Shown piece after piece: positions 47,639 through 60,060 of a stretch of 64,000 nt of DNA; within the stretch, counting starts at the first letter, position 1; every line of letters begins with the position of its first letter. Origin of the DNA: Podarcis cretensis. Lineage: Eukaryota. Both the position numbers and the translations under genes were made by a program. The notes under the pieces were generated by a model. That model searched no databases. It saw nothing but the letters and a program-made list of their open reading frames with translations, and had not been told where the DNA came from. The DNA lies in contig OX638159.1 in assembly GCA_951804945.1 (NCBI GenBank), positions 24,428,001 through 24,492,000 of the forward strand, read 5' to 3'.

Positions 47639-49927
47639 GATTATTTATATCAGCTAACGTGGGCATGGCCAAATAAAGGAGTTTCATTAGCATGAGGATT
47701 TTCACTGGCACAGCTTGAATGCCCTTCCTTCTCTTCCCACATGCCTCCACACCACCCCCAAATTAGCTCCAGAGAATTGCAGAACCCCCAGTGTCATGCA
47801 GTCAGTGGACCAGGGGGACTCAGCTAGTCCTCTAAATGTTCTCAGTTAATTCTTCGGGAGGGAGGCACGATGCTCCCGTGGGGTCCAAGAGCCCTCCCAT
47901 CACCTTCTTAAAGCTGGCCCAGCTTTGGGAAGGAGGCAGGAGGGCTCCAGAATCCTGTCAGAGGCCTGGCACCTCCTTCCCAAAGCCCGAGAAGCTTCTG
48001 TCAGTCACTGCTCACACACGTGTTGTCCAGACATCACAACATCATGCGCACAACATCACACACACCCTCAATCGCGCTTGCAAGCTGGCACCTATGGCCG
48101 TAACTGTTCGCCTATGGAAAATTTCACTGCACACTACTGCCCAAAACACATTTGGTGGGCACATGGAGAGGGAGAGTTATTTTTTGTGTGCAACCAGAAG
48201 CCCTTGCACTAATGGGTTTACTTTGTTGGATAGCCACCTAAATTTCTGGTAATGCCAACAGTTATGGAAGTTATGCTGATTTTCCAGCTGGACGGTGGTT
48301 TTACTTCTTCTTCTTCTTGAATTTAGTGATGTGAGATTTCACATGGTGCAGCTCAGAGTTGGCCATAAAACTGTTTTATGCTTTCATTTATGTGTTTGAA
48401 TCTGCATACACACTATTTTCCTGCTTATAGTTTCCTTATTTCTGGGTAGTATTTAAACACATGAGCAGACCAGTGTCATTTTTACTGTTTGCATCAAGTA
48501 TGCCAATGTCAAAGTCCAGCACTGATGCTAGTTGGCTCAAATATTGACAATGTCTTATCCTCCCACCCCAGTGCATCTATCCTTGATATATACCTTGTTC
48601 TAAGAGTCTTGCGGCACCTTAAAGGCAAACAAATGTATCATGGCATAAGTTTTTGTAGACTCTTCGTTGTTTATGCTGCAGTAGACTATCATGGCTCCTC
48701 TTTTAGAAAACACGGTGAAAAGAAGCCCAGAAAAGCAGGAGGCAAGATGATAATCATCATTGATTATGACAATGACTTGCAGCATGGCAGCTCATTAGAT
48801 GTGTGTGTAGGCTTAGTTCCTTATTCATCGCTTATTTATGAGGCGTTAAAAGTTTCCAAAGGTGTTCACATCACTTTAGTATTCAACAATCAATGCACAT
48901 CTCTTATGTGTTAAAAAAAATTAGCCTGAGTTAAATTATACTTCTGAAGAAATTTCCCATTTGGAATGGATTGTTCCTCCCAAGTTCTCATGAACTATTT
49001 AACAATTCCTTGAAAGAAAGAAAGAAAAAAAAAACCTTGCATGCTGTGAATTCTCATCAATTTTTAATATTAGCAATGCCTGGAGTGTGAGATTCACTTC
49101 CCCACCCCCCTTGTGCAAAGAGGAAAAGCATTGTGTGCATTGCACTACTCCTTAGCTGGGGTAACCTCTGACGTGCATTGACATTACTTCCTTTGTAGCT
49201 GTTTACTTTATTTTATAGGCTTCAGTTATTAATGATCTGTCTCAGAGCTAAGCTCCGGGTTTAATCTCCATTCACCTTTGTCTGGGTCTCTGTCAGCATT
49301 CGTGGTTGAATGTGTGTTTTTAAGATTAATCATAAAACAAAATGCCATGTCTGACTCTTCCAGTCCTTTCATTGCCAGTCTCTGGAAGTGATAATGTTCT
49401 ACCATGTTAATTGCTGTTTCTCTATTTGCTGAAAGAGTTCCAAACTCATGGGTCAGAAGAGGTATCAGTGGATGAGACAGGAGGACCACCAGCGCTTTGC
49501 TTGACTACATCCTCGCTGGTGAGGCTTGCTTGTATGTTGGATGCCAGCTTAGTTCCTTCATTAACTTCTCTAGTTTAGTTTCCAAGGGGTTACATACAAG
49601 CCTGCAGAGCCCAAAAGGTCTATAGGTTTTGTGCAGGCTTGTATCACATTCATTTGAAGACTGCATTCTATTTTTTTTCAAATTTTTAAAAATTACTTTT
49701 CCAAATAATTACAAATCAAACCAAATTAAATTAATACAATTTCTTAAAATCAGGTTTCCTGCTCTTGTTCAAAGCATATGATCATCATCATTTCCTAAAT
49801 AGGTTGTTGGGTTAGCCTTGGTCTCATGCCTTGATTTTCACCCCATTACCAAAATACCTCACCACATTACCTAATAGTTTTGTTGGTCATGTGTTGGGCT
49901 AATAAGGAAGTCTGGAGTAACAGAAGA

Positions 49928-50062
49928 AGGGGTGTCCAACCTATGGTCCTCCAGGTGTTGTTGGATATAACTCCCATCATCCCCGACCACTGACCATGCT
50001 GGCTGGAGTTGATGTGAGCTGTGGTCCAACAATATCTGGAAGGCAACAGGGTAGGTTCGCCA
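49928..50062. mobile_element. Palindromic hAT-like MITE
   Basis: 'ggtcctccaggtgttgttggatataactcccatcatcc...gatgtgagctgtggtccaacaatatctgga'. Family also at 50360-50496, ~55948-56040, ~31295-31400 and ~33450-33530. Confidence 0.7.
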
Positions 50063-50359
50063 TCATCAAAGGACAGGTTTAGCAGAGATAGCCAAGAAGT
50101 TCCTTTGGTGGCAACACTGAAAACCACAGGAAAGGAGCAACAGATAGGGAGCTTATGTTAGCTGGCTTGCTCCCTTCTCTTCCCTTTCACAGGTATAGCT
50201 CATGCCATCACAGAGTGCCATGATAAATCTACCCAGAGCAGTTTCCAGCTCAGTGAGACGTGGAAAGGACTATATTAATGTTATGATCTCTGAAGAGTGA
50301 GGTGACCACCACCACATCTTACCAGCTTTCCATTTCTCCACTAAGTTTTCCCTTTTACT

Positions 50360-50496
50360 GCAGGGGTGGGAACCACTGGCCCTCCAGATGTTTCTAGACT
50401 ATAACTCCTAGCATCCTTGACCATTAGTCATTTTGGCTGGGGCTGATGGGACTCATAGTCCAACAATATCTGGTAGACAACAGATTCTTCACCCGA
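50360..50496. mobile_element. Palindromic hAT-like MITE
   Basis: caggggtgggaacc...gattcttcacccg; same family as 49928. Confidence 0.7.
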
Positions 50497-50574
50497 GTTT
50501 TACCACTTGGTGGTCTAGAGATATTTATTCAATTTGAGACCAGGTGAAGACTGAAAACCACTGCCTCCATTAAT

Positions 50575-50830
50575 ACATCTGAATTGCCTGATTAAAATGC
50601 GGATGACACTCAGCTCTACATTTAATTAACTAAGCAATAAGGAGCAGCTGTCTGAGTTCTAAACAAGTGTCCAGAGGCTGTGATTTAGGTGGACAAGGTT
50701 AAAGAAGCTGAAGTTTAATTCAGAAAAGATGGAAGTAACGCTGGTGGTTAATGTTAGTGCTCTGGAGGAAGATAAACTAGTTGTGATGGATGAGATTATT
50801 TCTACATTTCAGCAGGTGCTCCTAGAATTA
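50575..50830 (+). mobile_element. Old L2 RT fragment
   Basis: ADDTQLY ('gcggatgacactcagctctac') and KLKFNSEKMEV-like motifs. Confidence 0.65.
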
Positions 50831-52110
50831 TCTTTCACCTAGAAAAATACTGCATTTAGATGAAAGGACCAGATATGAACTCTTATTCTCTCACTAGGAT
50901 TCTTGTTGGTGAAGCCAAGAAATTTGACAGACTAGTACAAACGTTTAAATTATTTTTACGTGGTCATATTCCTATACAGTGTAACAGTCCGTGGGCCATT
51001 AACTTCTGCCTGTTTTAACTTCTGTTAGATATACTGTCCTTTTGCACAGAGAGAGGATCCCAGTGTAAGGCAGACCAGAACAGGATTTCTAGCATCACTT
51101 CTGTGATCCTGCGGGACCAGATATGGAGCACAGGTGTTCAAATCTGCATAGAATTCAGCATCAGGAATCTGGCGGGTTAATTAATATTGGATTATGGGTG
51201 CGTCAATTCCTATGGCTGTCTAGCAATTACTTCTGAGTGGAAGCATATATTCTGTAATAAAGACAAGCAGTATTATTGGGTACATTGTACTAGTGAAAGA
51301 GATACACATAACAGATGTGGTGAAAAATTAATGTTATTCGCAGATAAATACTGATAATAAGATTCAAAGTTATGTAATCAAAAGACTTACTGATGTGGTG
51401 AATGCAGTCACTGTTGTAATGCTGAAATTAGCATGAATCTGTCCTGACCCAAACATTTGATTTAATCAGTTTTCACCCTTAAACATGAGAGTAGAGAGAT
51501 ATAAATCTGAAAGCAGGCTCCTAAGACTGTGCGTGGAAATAGGACACTACTTTGGTATGTTTTATATGCCAGCAATTTTTTAAAAAATGAATAACTCATT
51601 AATATCTCCGATTATAGTTATTCCTCAGTGGCCTTAAAGATGCTCATACATTATGTTGACCAGCATGCATTCTTTTCCTTGATGCAAAGACATTGGATTA
51701 AAGGTCACTGTCTACCTTAAAATGTCAAAGTACAGCAGTGCAATTGCAAGTTACTTCTGCATTTGAAAATGTCTTGAAGTGCTTAGAATACATCAGACTG
51801 GCTCCCAGAATATTACACTGCTTCTTTACAGGGCTGCAGTACCTACGTCTCATTGAGTGTAATGGCTCAAGAGGAAATCCCTGGTTCAAATTACACTTCT
51901 GCCATAAATTCACTAGGTGGTCCTTGGTCAAAATTATACATTATATTCCTTGCGTGGCAATGACATAAGCAGCAGCCTGACTCCTCCTTGTCCTCATTAG
52001 TGGGGTAGGGGAGCTGAAAATAATGCCAATATATTTCACATCCGGCAACCAATATGCACCTTGGGTTTTTATATAGTACATGGGCAGAAGAGTCCAAAAA
52101 TCCCGGGACA

Positions 52111-52708
52111 CAAATTTTCTTGGCACCTCTACTGGCTATGATGGCTCATTTACCCAAAGCAATGTATTTAGTGTTAACTCTGGAAGCGTAGACTCAATTC
52201 TGACCAAACTAAGCCTCCTAGAGCACAATACCCCTCAGGAGGCTTAGTTTGCTCAGAATTGAGTCTACACTGCCAGAGTTAACACTAAATACATTAAAAA
52301 GGTAAAGGGACCCCTGACCATTAGGTCTAGTCATGACCGACTCTGGGGTTGCGGCGCTCATCTCGCTTTATTGGCCAAGGGAGCCAGCGTACAGCTTCCG
52401 GGTCATGTGGCCAGCATTACTAAGCCGCTTCTGGCGAACCAGAGCAGCGCACCGAAACGCCGTTTACCTTCCCGCTGGAGCGGTACCTATTTATCTACTT
52501 GCACTTTGACGTGCTTTCGAACTGCTAGGTTGGCAGGAACAGGGACCGAGCAACGGGAGCTCACCCCATCGCGGGGATTCGAACTGCCGACCTTCTGATC
52601 GGCAAGTCCTAGGCTCTGTGGTTTAACCCACAGCACCACCCGTGTCCCCTAAATACATTACTTCAGGTAAATAAGCCACCATAGCTGCTACAGGGCCATG
52701 ACAATTTG
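52111..52708. repeat. Long inverted repeat (~110-bp arms) interrupted by a Sauria SINE
   Basis: Left arm 52111-52219; right arm 52237-52296 continuing at 52661-~52708. Confidence 0.88.
52297..52648 (-). mobile_element. Full-length Sauria SINE
   Basis: 12-bp TSD ctaaatacatta at 52285-52296 and 52649-52660. Confidence 0.96.
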
Positions 52709-53276
52709 ATGTGGATTTCCCCCCAAGCTTTCCTACCCCACTCCATCATACATAAAGGGATGCTACCACATTGCCAGATTCCGTTTAATTTATTTGAAAT
52801 ATTTATATACCACCTATTTTGAAAACGTCTCAAGCTGCTTCACAATAAAATACAATTGGAGTGGAAAAAATAAATTGAGCAGCATTAACCGTCAGTTCAA
52901 AACTGCATCACCATTCACACACGGCCCATTTCCTTTTGGGGGGGGTACTTTAAAGAGTGCACACCGCCAGTTGTGGTAAGCAGGGTGGCACGGGCAGGGC
53001 AGCATTGCTCGTCTCCCTTCCCATTGCTTTTGGTTTCTGAAAGGGAGAGGGCCTAGGCACAAGGAACTCAGTGCAGGTGCAGAGATAGGAGGGTCCAGTT
53101 GGCTCTGCCGCTGCACATGGACCCCACTGGGAAGTTGGGAAGGCAGGTAAGCAGTGCTGACCCACCTGCATTGCCATGCTCACTGGCCACTACTGGACAC
53201 CACAACAGAATTGTTTTCAAGAGCTAAGCTGTAGGGGGCTGCAGCACAAACAGGACGGCCTCCGCAGACCTTAGTG

Positions 53277-53598
53277 CAGGGGTCAGCAAACTTTTTCAGC
53301 ATGGGGCTGGTCCACTGTCCCTCAGACCTTGTGGGAGGCCAGACTATATTTGGGGGGGGGGGGATGAACAAATTCCTATGCCCCACAAATAACCCAGAGA
53401 TGCATTCTAAATAAAAGCACACATTCTACTCATGTAAAAACACCAGGCAGGACCCACAAATAACCCAGAGATGCATTTTAAATGAAAGGACACATTCTAC
53501 TCATGTAAAAACATGCTGATTTCTGGACCGTCTGCAGGCCGGATTTAGAAGGTGATTGGGCTGGATCCGGCCCCTGGGCCTTAGTTTGCCTATCCATG
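53277..53598. mobile_element. hAT-Charlie-like MITE with an internal 71-bp tandem duplication
   Basis: Ends caggggtcagcaaact / agtttgcctatccatg; perfect 8-bp TSD ccttagtg at 53269-53276 and 53599-53606. Confidence 0.9.
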
Positions 53599-56165
53599 CC
53601 TTAGTGACTGGGTAGAACTGGCATTCTCTCAGATTGTTTGGTCCCAGGTTGTTTAGGGCTAATGCCTTAAACGTGGCCCAGTAGAAATTTGGCAGCTCCT
53701 GCTGCGGTGTTATACATTTATCCAATAGTCAGGAGCTCCATTCAGTAACCTAGCTATAGGATTTTGAACCTCTTGCAGCATTCAGACACATTACAGCAAT
53801 TGATTCTTGAAGTTACCACTGCCAGGGTCACTGTGGCAGAGCTATCCCTACCCATATCTCCAGAATCAGCCCATGAAATGGAATCGGGTCAGGGAAACTC
53901 TCAAAACAGAAGGATATCATGTCACACATTTTGCCTCACTAAACGTTAGATTGAAATGGCCCTGGGTTTGCTTTGTTTTTGTCAGTGGCCTTGCATAATG
54001 TATTCTTTCATCTTTATAAGATTTCTTACCTGCCCTTTAACATAAGATTCCTGGGCGGGACACAACAATAGAACATACCATGATAAAAATAAACGAAAGC
54101 ATTACAATTATAAAACACTTGGCAGCATTTGAAATAAAATAGAACAATACAAATGGAGCAAAAGAGGTGGGTCTCACCATTATGTTCTGCAATAGGAAAA
54201 TAATTATCCTGGCTTAATTTACAAACAAACAAACAAACAAACAAACATTCAAAGGGTTGTACAGATTATGTGAAATGCTTTGAATGCTCAGAAAACAATA
54301 TTGTTGTCATTGTGTATAAATTTACATGCATTTTCCAAGCAGGAGGTGTTGTGGCTGCAAGAGATGTCTGACCTCAGTTTTTCAGAAAATCATCAGAGTC
54401 GGGGCAGAATAATTAGGCTGAATGTGTGTACTCAATAATTTTTAATTTTTTAAAAAAACTTTTCTTGTTTCCTCAGTGTGGTGTATATGAGAAACGCACT
54501 TAATACTATTTCCTTGTTGATGACCTCACCGGTGCATTAGCTGAAGTGCATAGAGCTTAATATAATTGTTTCTATCCCCCTGTAGGCTAACTACATAATC
54601 ACCAAGGGCTAGGTCACATCAATAGAGCCTTATGAGATAAGAGACAAAACCACATTTGAGCACTTTGGTTTCGGAGAGTATCTCTGAATAAAATTAAATA
54701 CAATATTTAAACACCATGGATGAAGATGAATTGCTTTTAGCATTGAGACAAAGAATGAAATGCAATAAGAAAAAGTAAAAAAAACACAAAACACAAAATT
54801 AACATGCAGTCTCTCGCTCTCTCTCTTTCTCTCTCGCTCTCTCTCTCACACACACAGAGCTCAATATTTGGTATGTAATACTGTGGAATATTCTCCTAAA
54901 TTCAATGGAATATTTATTATTTGAGGCACAAGAAGATTGTTTCTGTTGGTAAACGTGCAACAGTCAAGCCCAGGGAAGGGGGGGGGGAGGACCAGATTTA
55001 TGCTATGCATATAAGGCAAAACAATGTTACGAAAGGCAAAGGGAAACAGATAAATGTATCAGATAAATGTCTATTGGTAAAATTGTAACTATGAACTGTA
55101 GCTTAATATGCAGCAGATAAAAATTGTAATGTTCAGTGTATACATAGAAAGTGTTAATGCAATTATTTTTATCCCACTGCTCTAGTTCTTGTTCTTAAAA
55201 ATGGAGGCAAACAATATTGTAGAAAGGATTGCTCTCCTTTCCTTTTATCAGAAAAAGTGCTAATATTTGCACAGTAGATAACACCAGTTGTTTCTTAAAA
55301 CAAAAGCCTTTATACTGCAATAGGAGCTGGAAGCTTAGGAAATGTCCTGTACCGTGTGGTTATTTGCTACTGACTGCTTCATCCAGATCTCATTCTGATG
55401 ATGGATTTTGCAAAGGTACTTGTAAAGAAAAACACTCAACTTTATAAAAGTTACTGCTTTTACTCCTTTAGATGACTGTCTTGTGATTTAATTAAACTTC
55501 TGTTTTGTCAGTCATTAGGCAGCTTTTGACTGTTGTGCTCTAATGTTCTGAGAAGCCTCACAATGTTCATGCATCTCAGAATTACTCTTTCTGATTCAGC
55601 ACTTCCGTTCTACAAGCTCTGGTGACTGTTTCACTTTGAAATGATGTGTGAAGATCTACTAAAGCACCTCTTTCAAAATCCAAATGAAGAAGATAGAAAG
55701 GGATATTTGCTTCTGCTTGGGTGTCCCTTCATGCTTCCATGCAGATTGGATAAACCAATTATGTTGCTCCACCACCAATGAAACTCACGGAGAGAACTTC
55801 AAATCTGCAGATATTCTGCCTCCGTTGAAAAATAACTTTTGGCATGGTGGCATAACCAGCTCTTTTTCTTCCTCTAACTGCTTTCTTGAGTTTCAGTGGC
55901 AACGCAGTGTCTGGCAAAATTGAGGCCTATGTATAGTTAGACTAAGAATCGGGAACCTGCGGCTCTTCAGATATTGTTGGACTTCACCTACCACTGGCTC
56001 CAACCTATGTAGGGATAATGAGAGCTCTAGCCCCTAACAAGTCCTACATCTCTGAGTCAGAAATGCTGAGCATGAATCAGGACAATATAGTAAACTGAGG
56101 TTTGGTGAACTGCAGAGGTGTGGGTAGGAAAATGTGTTATTGGTGTATTTAAGCTTTATTTCCTT

Positions 56166-56581
56166 TGTTGTTGTTGTTTAGTCGTTTAGTCGTGTCCGAC
56201 TCTTCGTGAACCCATGGACCAGAGAACACCAGGCACTCCTGTCCTCCACTGCCCCCCGCAGCTTGGTCAGACTCATGCTGGTAACCTCGAAAACACTATC
56301 CAACCATCTCGTCCTCTGTCGCCCCCTTCTCCTTGTGCCCTCCATCTTTCCCAACATCAGGGTCTTCTCCAGGGAGTCTTCTCTTCTCATGAGGTGGCCA
56401 AAGTACTGGAGCCTCAGCTTCACAATCTGTCCTTCCAGTGAGCACTCAGGGCTGATTTCCTTCAGAATGGAGAGGTTTGATCTTCTTGCAGTCCATGGGA
56501 CTCTCAAGAGTCTCCTCCAGCACCATAATTCAAAAGCATCAATTCTTTGGCGATCAGCCTTCTTTATGGTCTAGCTCTCAC
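56166..56581 (-). mobile_element. BovB/RTE LINE 3' fragment
   Basis: Minus ORF RVPWTARRSNLSILKEISPECSLEGQIVKLRLQYFGHLMRREDSLEKTLMLGK; (CAA)n tail; TSD ttatttcctt at 56156-56165 and 56582-56591. Confidence 0.95.
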
Positions 56582-56623
56582 TTATTTCCTTATGGATGAG
56601 TTATTATACTGTATATTATTATA

Positions 56624-56848
56624 CAGTTATACCTCGGGTTACAGACGCTTCAGGCTGCGTTTTTTCAGGTTACAGACACGCCAAAACCCGGAAGTACTGG
56701 AACGGGTTACTTCCGGGTTTCGGCACTCGCGCATGTGCAAAAACACTAAATCGTGCTTTGCACATGTGTAGAAGCACAGAATTGCATGCACAGAGGGTTG
56801 CGAATGTGCCTCCCACACAGATCACGTTCGCAACCCGAGTGTCCACTG
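56624..56848. mobile_element. Tigger/pogo-like MITE (second subfamily)
   Basis: TA|cagttatacctcgggtt ... aacccgagtgtccactg|TA; internal palindrome aaacccggaagta..tacttccgggttt. Confidence 0.8.
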
Positions 56849-56873
56849 TACTAATGCTTTTGGGAACCTCTAG

Positions 56874-57226
56874 GTAAAGGTAAAGGGGACCCCTGACCAT
56901 TAGGTCCAGTCGTGGCCGACTCTGGGGTTGTGGTGCTCATCTCACTTTATTGGCCGAGGGAGCCGGCGTGCAGCTTCCGGGTCATGTGGCCAGCATGACT
57001 AAGCTGCTTCTGGTGAACCAGAGCAGCGCATGGAAATGCCGTTTACCTTCCCGCCAGAGTGGTACCTATTTATCTACTTGTACTTTAACATGCTTTTGAA
57101 CTGCTAGGTTGGCAGGAGCAGGGACAGAGGAACGGGAGCTCACCCCATCGCAGGGATTTGAACTGCCAACCTTCTGATCAGCAAGTCCTAGGCTCTGTGG
57201 TTTAACCCACAGTGCCACCCGCGTCC
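56874..57226 (-). mobile_element. Full-length Sauria SINE
   Basis: 13-bp TSD tgggaacctctag at 56861-56873 and 57227-57239. Confidence 0.96.
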
Positions 57227-59334
57227 TGGGAACCTCTAGCCCCCCACTAAAATTCACAATAAAGTGGTCTGCCAAATAAATGTGATGAGGTGGCAAGCCT
57301 TCTAGGCTTGGCAACATGCATGCATGGCTTGAAACTGGGCTCATGTCGTGTGTCCAACAAGGAGTTAATCTTGAAGCTTATTTTTAAGTGTCAGCTAACA
57401 ATGCACATCTATGTTGTCAACATCCAGGAAACTTGGCCCTCTGACCAGGCCAAGTGGTTCTTCCATTGACCAGAATTTTTAAAGATGCCTGGAGAGGAGG
57501 AAACACTAGAAGATAGCAGCTGTACCAAGCGATGCCTTCTGGAGGTTCCCTTGGAAATGGATTTATGATTTATATATTACACATGTCTCAGCTGTAGTAG
57601 CGGTGGCAGACTGCCGTTGTTGCATGTCAAGAAGAAAAAGATATAACGTTATTAAGAGGCTATAGCTAGAGGCAAGGAGGTATCACACAGCTTCAGTCAC
57701 ATACTGGTTCACAAGATAGCTTGGTTAAGAGCAATGCTGAAGTCATTTTGCTGCACATCATAGTTGTTCAGATGACCAGTTGTGTGATCCTTGGACCTTA
57801 TTTTAATAAATATTATTTATAAAAAATATTAAATATTATAAATAAATATTATTTATTAAAAAAGACAATTACCATACTTTTCCTCCCAGGTACACACCGA
57901 GGAGCTACAGGCAGACTCTGTTCTCTTGTCCCTGTCCTTAATTTTTTCCTCCTGAAGTTCAAATTGACTCAGACTGAATTCTAGGGACACAAGATCTTCA
58001 GAAGCCAATCTCCTCCAGCCTTTCATTTCAGTATAGGACTACATTGCGCAAAAAAAAGGTAATTAATGAAATAAAAACTTTTGACTCACTAATATTTGCA
58101 GTCTGCAATCCGCCCACGAGCATGCTACAAAGAAAGCTCTTGTAATGTTTAGCCCAAAGCGTTTTTCCTAAATACTTTTAAACATGTTTTGTTCTTTAAT
58201 TACAAGCTATAAGTACAATGTATTAAAAATAAAAGGAGGGAGGATTTATAACTATTAACCATGCCATGTAACAATTAATTTTCAAACCTTGGCTCTCAAG
58301 CTGTTTTCTAAAGGCCTTCTTTAGGAACAGCTTTAGGGACTCAAAACAGGTTTTCAGACACTGGCTGTCCCCATATCTTTAAGGCCATAAAAACAGGCAT
58401 TTCAAACGTATATAGAGCTATCAAAATTAATAATCATAAACAGCTGTTTAAAAGAAACCTTCACTAATGTTTTTCAACAAAGCTTTAAAACATGTATTTT
58501 GAACCACACTATCCGTTAAAATCTGAAAAGTAAAAAAACTAAGCTTCTGAAGCTATATTTTAAAATAAATGGTAGCATTAAATATAAAATGTTATGGTGA
58601 TGGGTATGATCCATCTAACATACACAACCATTGTCAAAAAAATATTATGGATTGAGATAAAAAAAATGGATCAATATATAAAAACTCGCAGACTTTTGTA
58701 GGCTTGTAAGCATTAAAAATATGCACTGGCCCTTCATGAAACTACACCTATATTTTATTGTGGTTTAAAATATTCCATTAACAGTTTATTCATTTTGTTT
58801 ATAAAAAAATATTTATATACTGCTAAAGCATTTACAACAGCTCGAAAGAATGTAAATACCCACCATCTCAAAGGAATAATTGTTAGACTTTCTGTATTGG
58901 TTCTTCCTAAGTATAGCTAAAAGTTTGGGTTTGCCTCCAAGTAATATGACTTAATGGCAGTGGTACTTACGGTGCTTTTAAGTAGGTTGAAGTCAAACCA
59001 AAGGAGAAAGGTCACATGGTCCTCTAAGGTCCTTGGTGAAAAGAACCCAGAAAGGGCACCTCTCTCTTGCCCACTGAGTGTTGCCATATTATGCAGCAAA
59101 AAGAGGTTAGAAAACTTTGTCACAATATTCAGCTTCTTGGAGTGGAAAGGAATGGCTAAACCACACCTTTTTTTATGTGGATTACGCAGAGTAGTAGAAA
59201 AGCAAAGGCACTAGGAACAGTGTGGAAGGGAAGTCATATGGTATATGTATACATGCTTTATTTGGTACGAAGTTGTAATGGGACAGGGGGAGGGGAGGGG
59301 AGGGGGGTTAAATATGTTCCTGTTTTTGAAAATG

Positions 59335-59340
59335 ATAATG

Positions 59341-59381
<41 letters not shown>
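59335..59381. repeat. (AAT)n microsatellite
   Basis: About 14 units; source of the poly-Asn and poly-Ile pseudo-ORFs. Confidence 0.95.
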
Positions 59382-59382
<1 letters not shown>

Positions 59383-59807
59383 GGAATGACTAATGGCCCA
59401 GTCAGTGCACAAAAAATGATCAAACTGATTTTGGAAAGAGAATATTCCCCCCACCCATTCTTAAAGCTTGTGTATGTCTGTTTTTGGAAGTCTCCATCAA
59501 GAGAGATGCACTTCGCAGTTCTTTAAGAGTTGAAATCAATTCTACGTTTACTTTTTTAGACATGTTGGTACATGGCAAGTCTGGGGTATGCACTAACATG
59601 AAACAGGAACTTTCCAGCTTCTGGCTCAGTGAATTTCTGGGTAATAGTAATCTTTTGTCTCAAAACATGTCAGGACATTCACAGGACACATGTGGAATTC
59701 TCTCTAAATGTCAATTCGCAGTGACTGCTACTTAAAAAAAGATCTATGAATCAATTCTCATCCTGACATTTGTTAATTGAAATAGTCCTTAAAACTGGCC
59801 TTTTGGA

Positions 59808-60060
59808 AGCTGGCTCAGTGGCTTAAGTCATGTAGTTTTGCTTACTTTTGTTTGGTAAAGACCAATAACTCAGGGTAAAACACAAACTACACATCCTTGT
59901 GAGGCACACAGCAAAGCTTCGATCTCTGGCATTTCTAGTAAAAAGGAACTGAAAACATCCCATGCCTGAGATCCTGCAAAAACCTTTGCCAGTAGGTGTA
60001 GATTATGGGGACTAAATGAACCAGTGGTCTGGCTCACTATAAGGTATCACTTGTATTTAT
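59808..60060 (+). mobile_element. Old tRNA-head/CR1-tail SINE (Squam2-like), degraded
   Basis: 'ttcgatctctggcatttctag...tgcctgagatcctg...tgccagtaggtgtagatt...aaccagtggtctggctcactataagg'. Confidence 0.55.
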
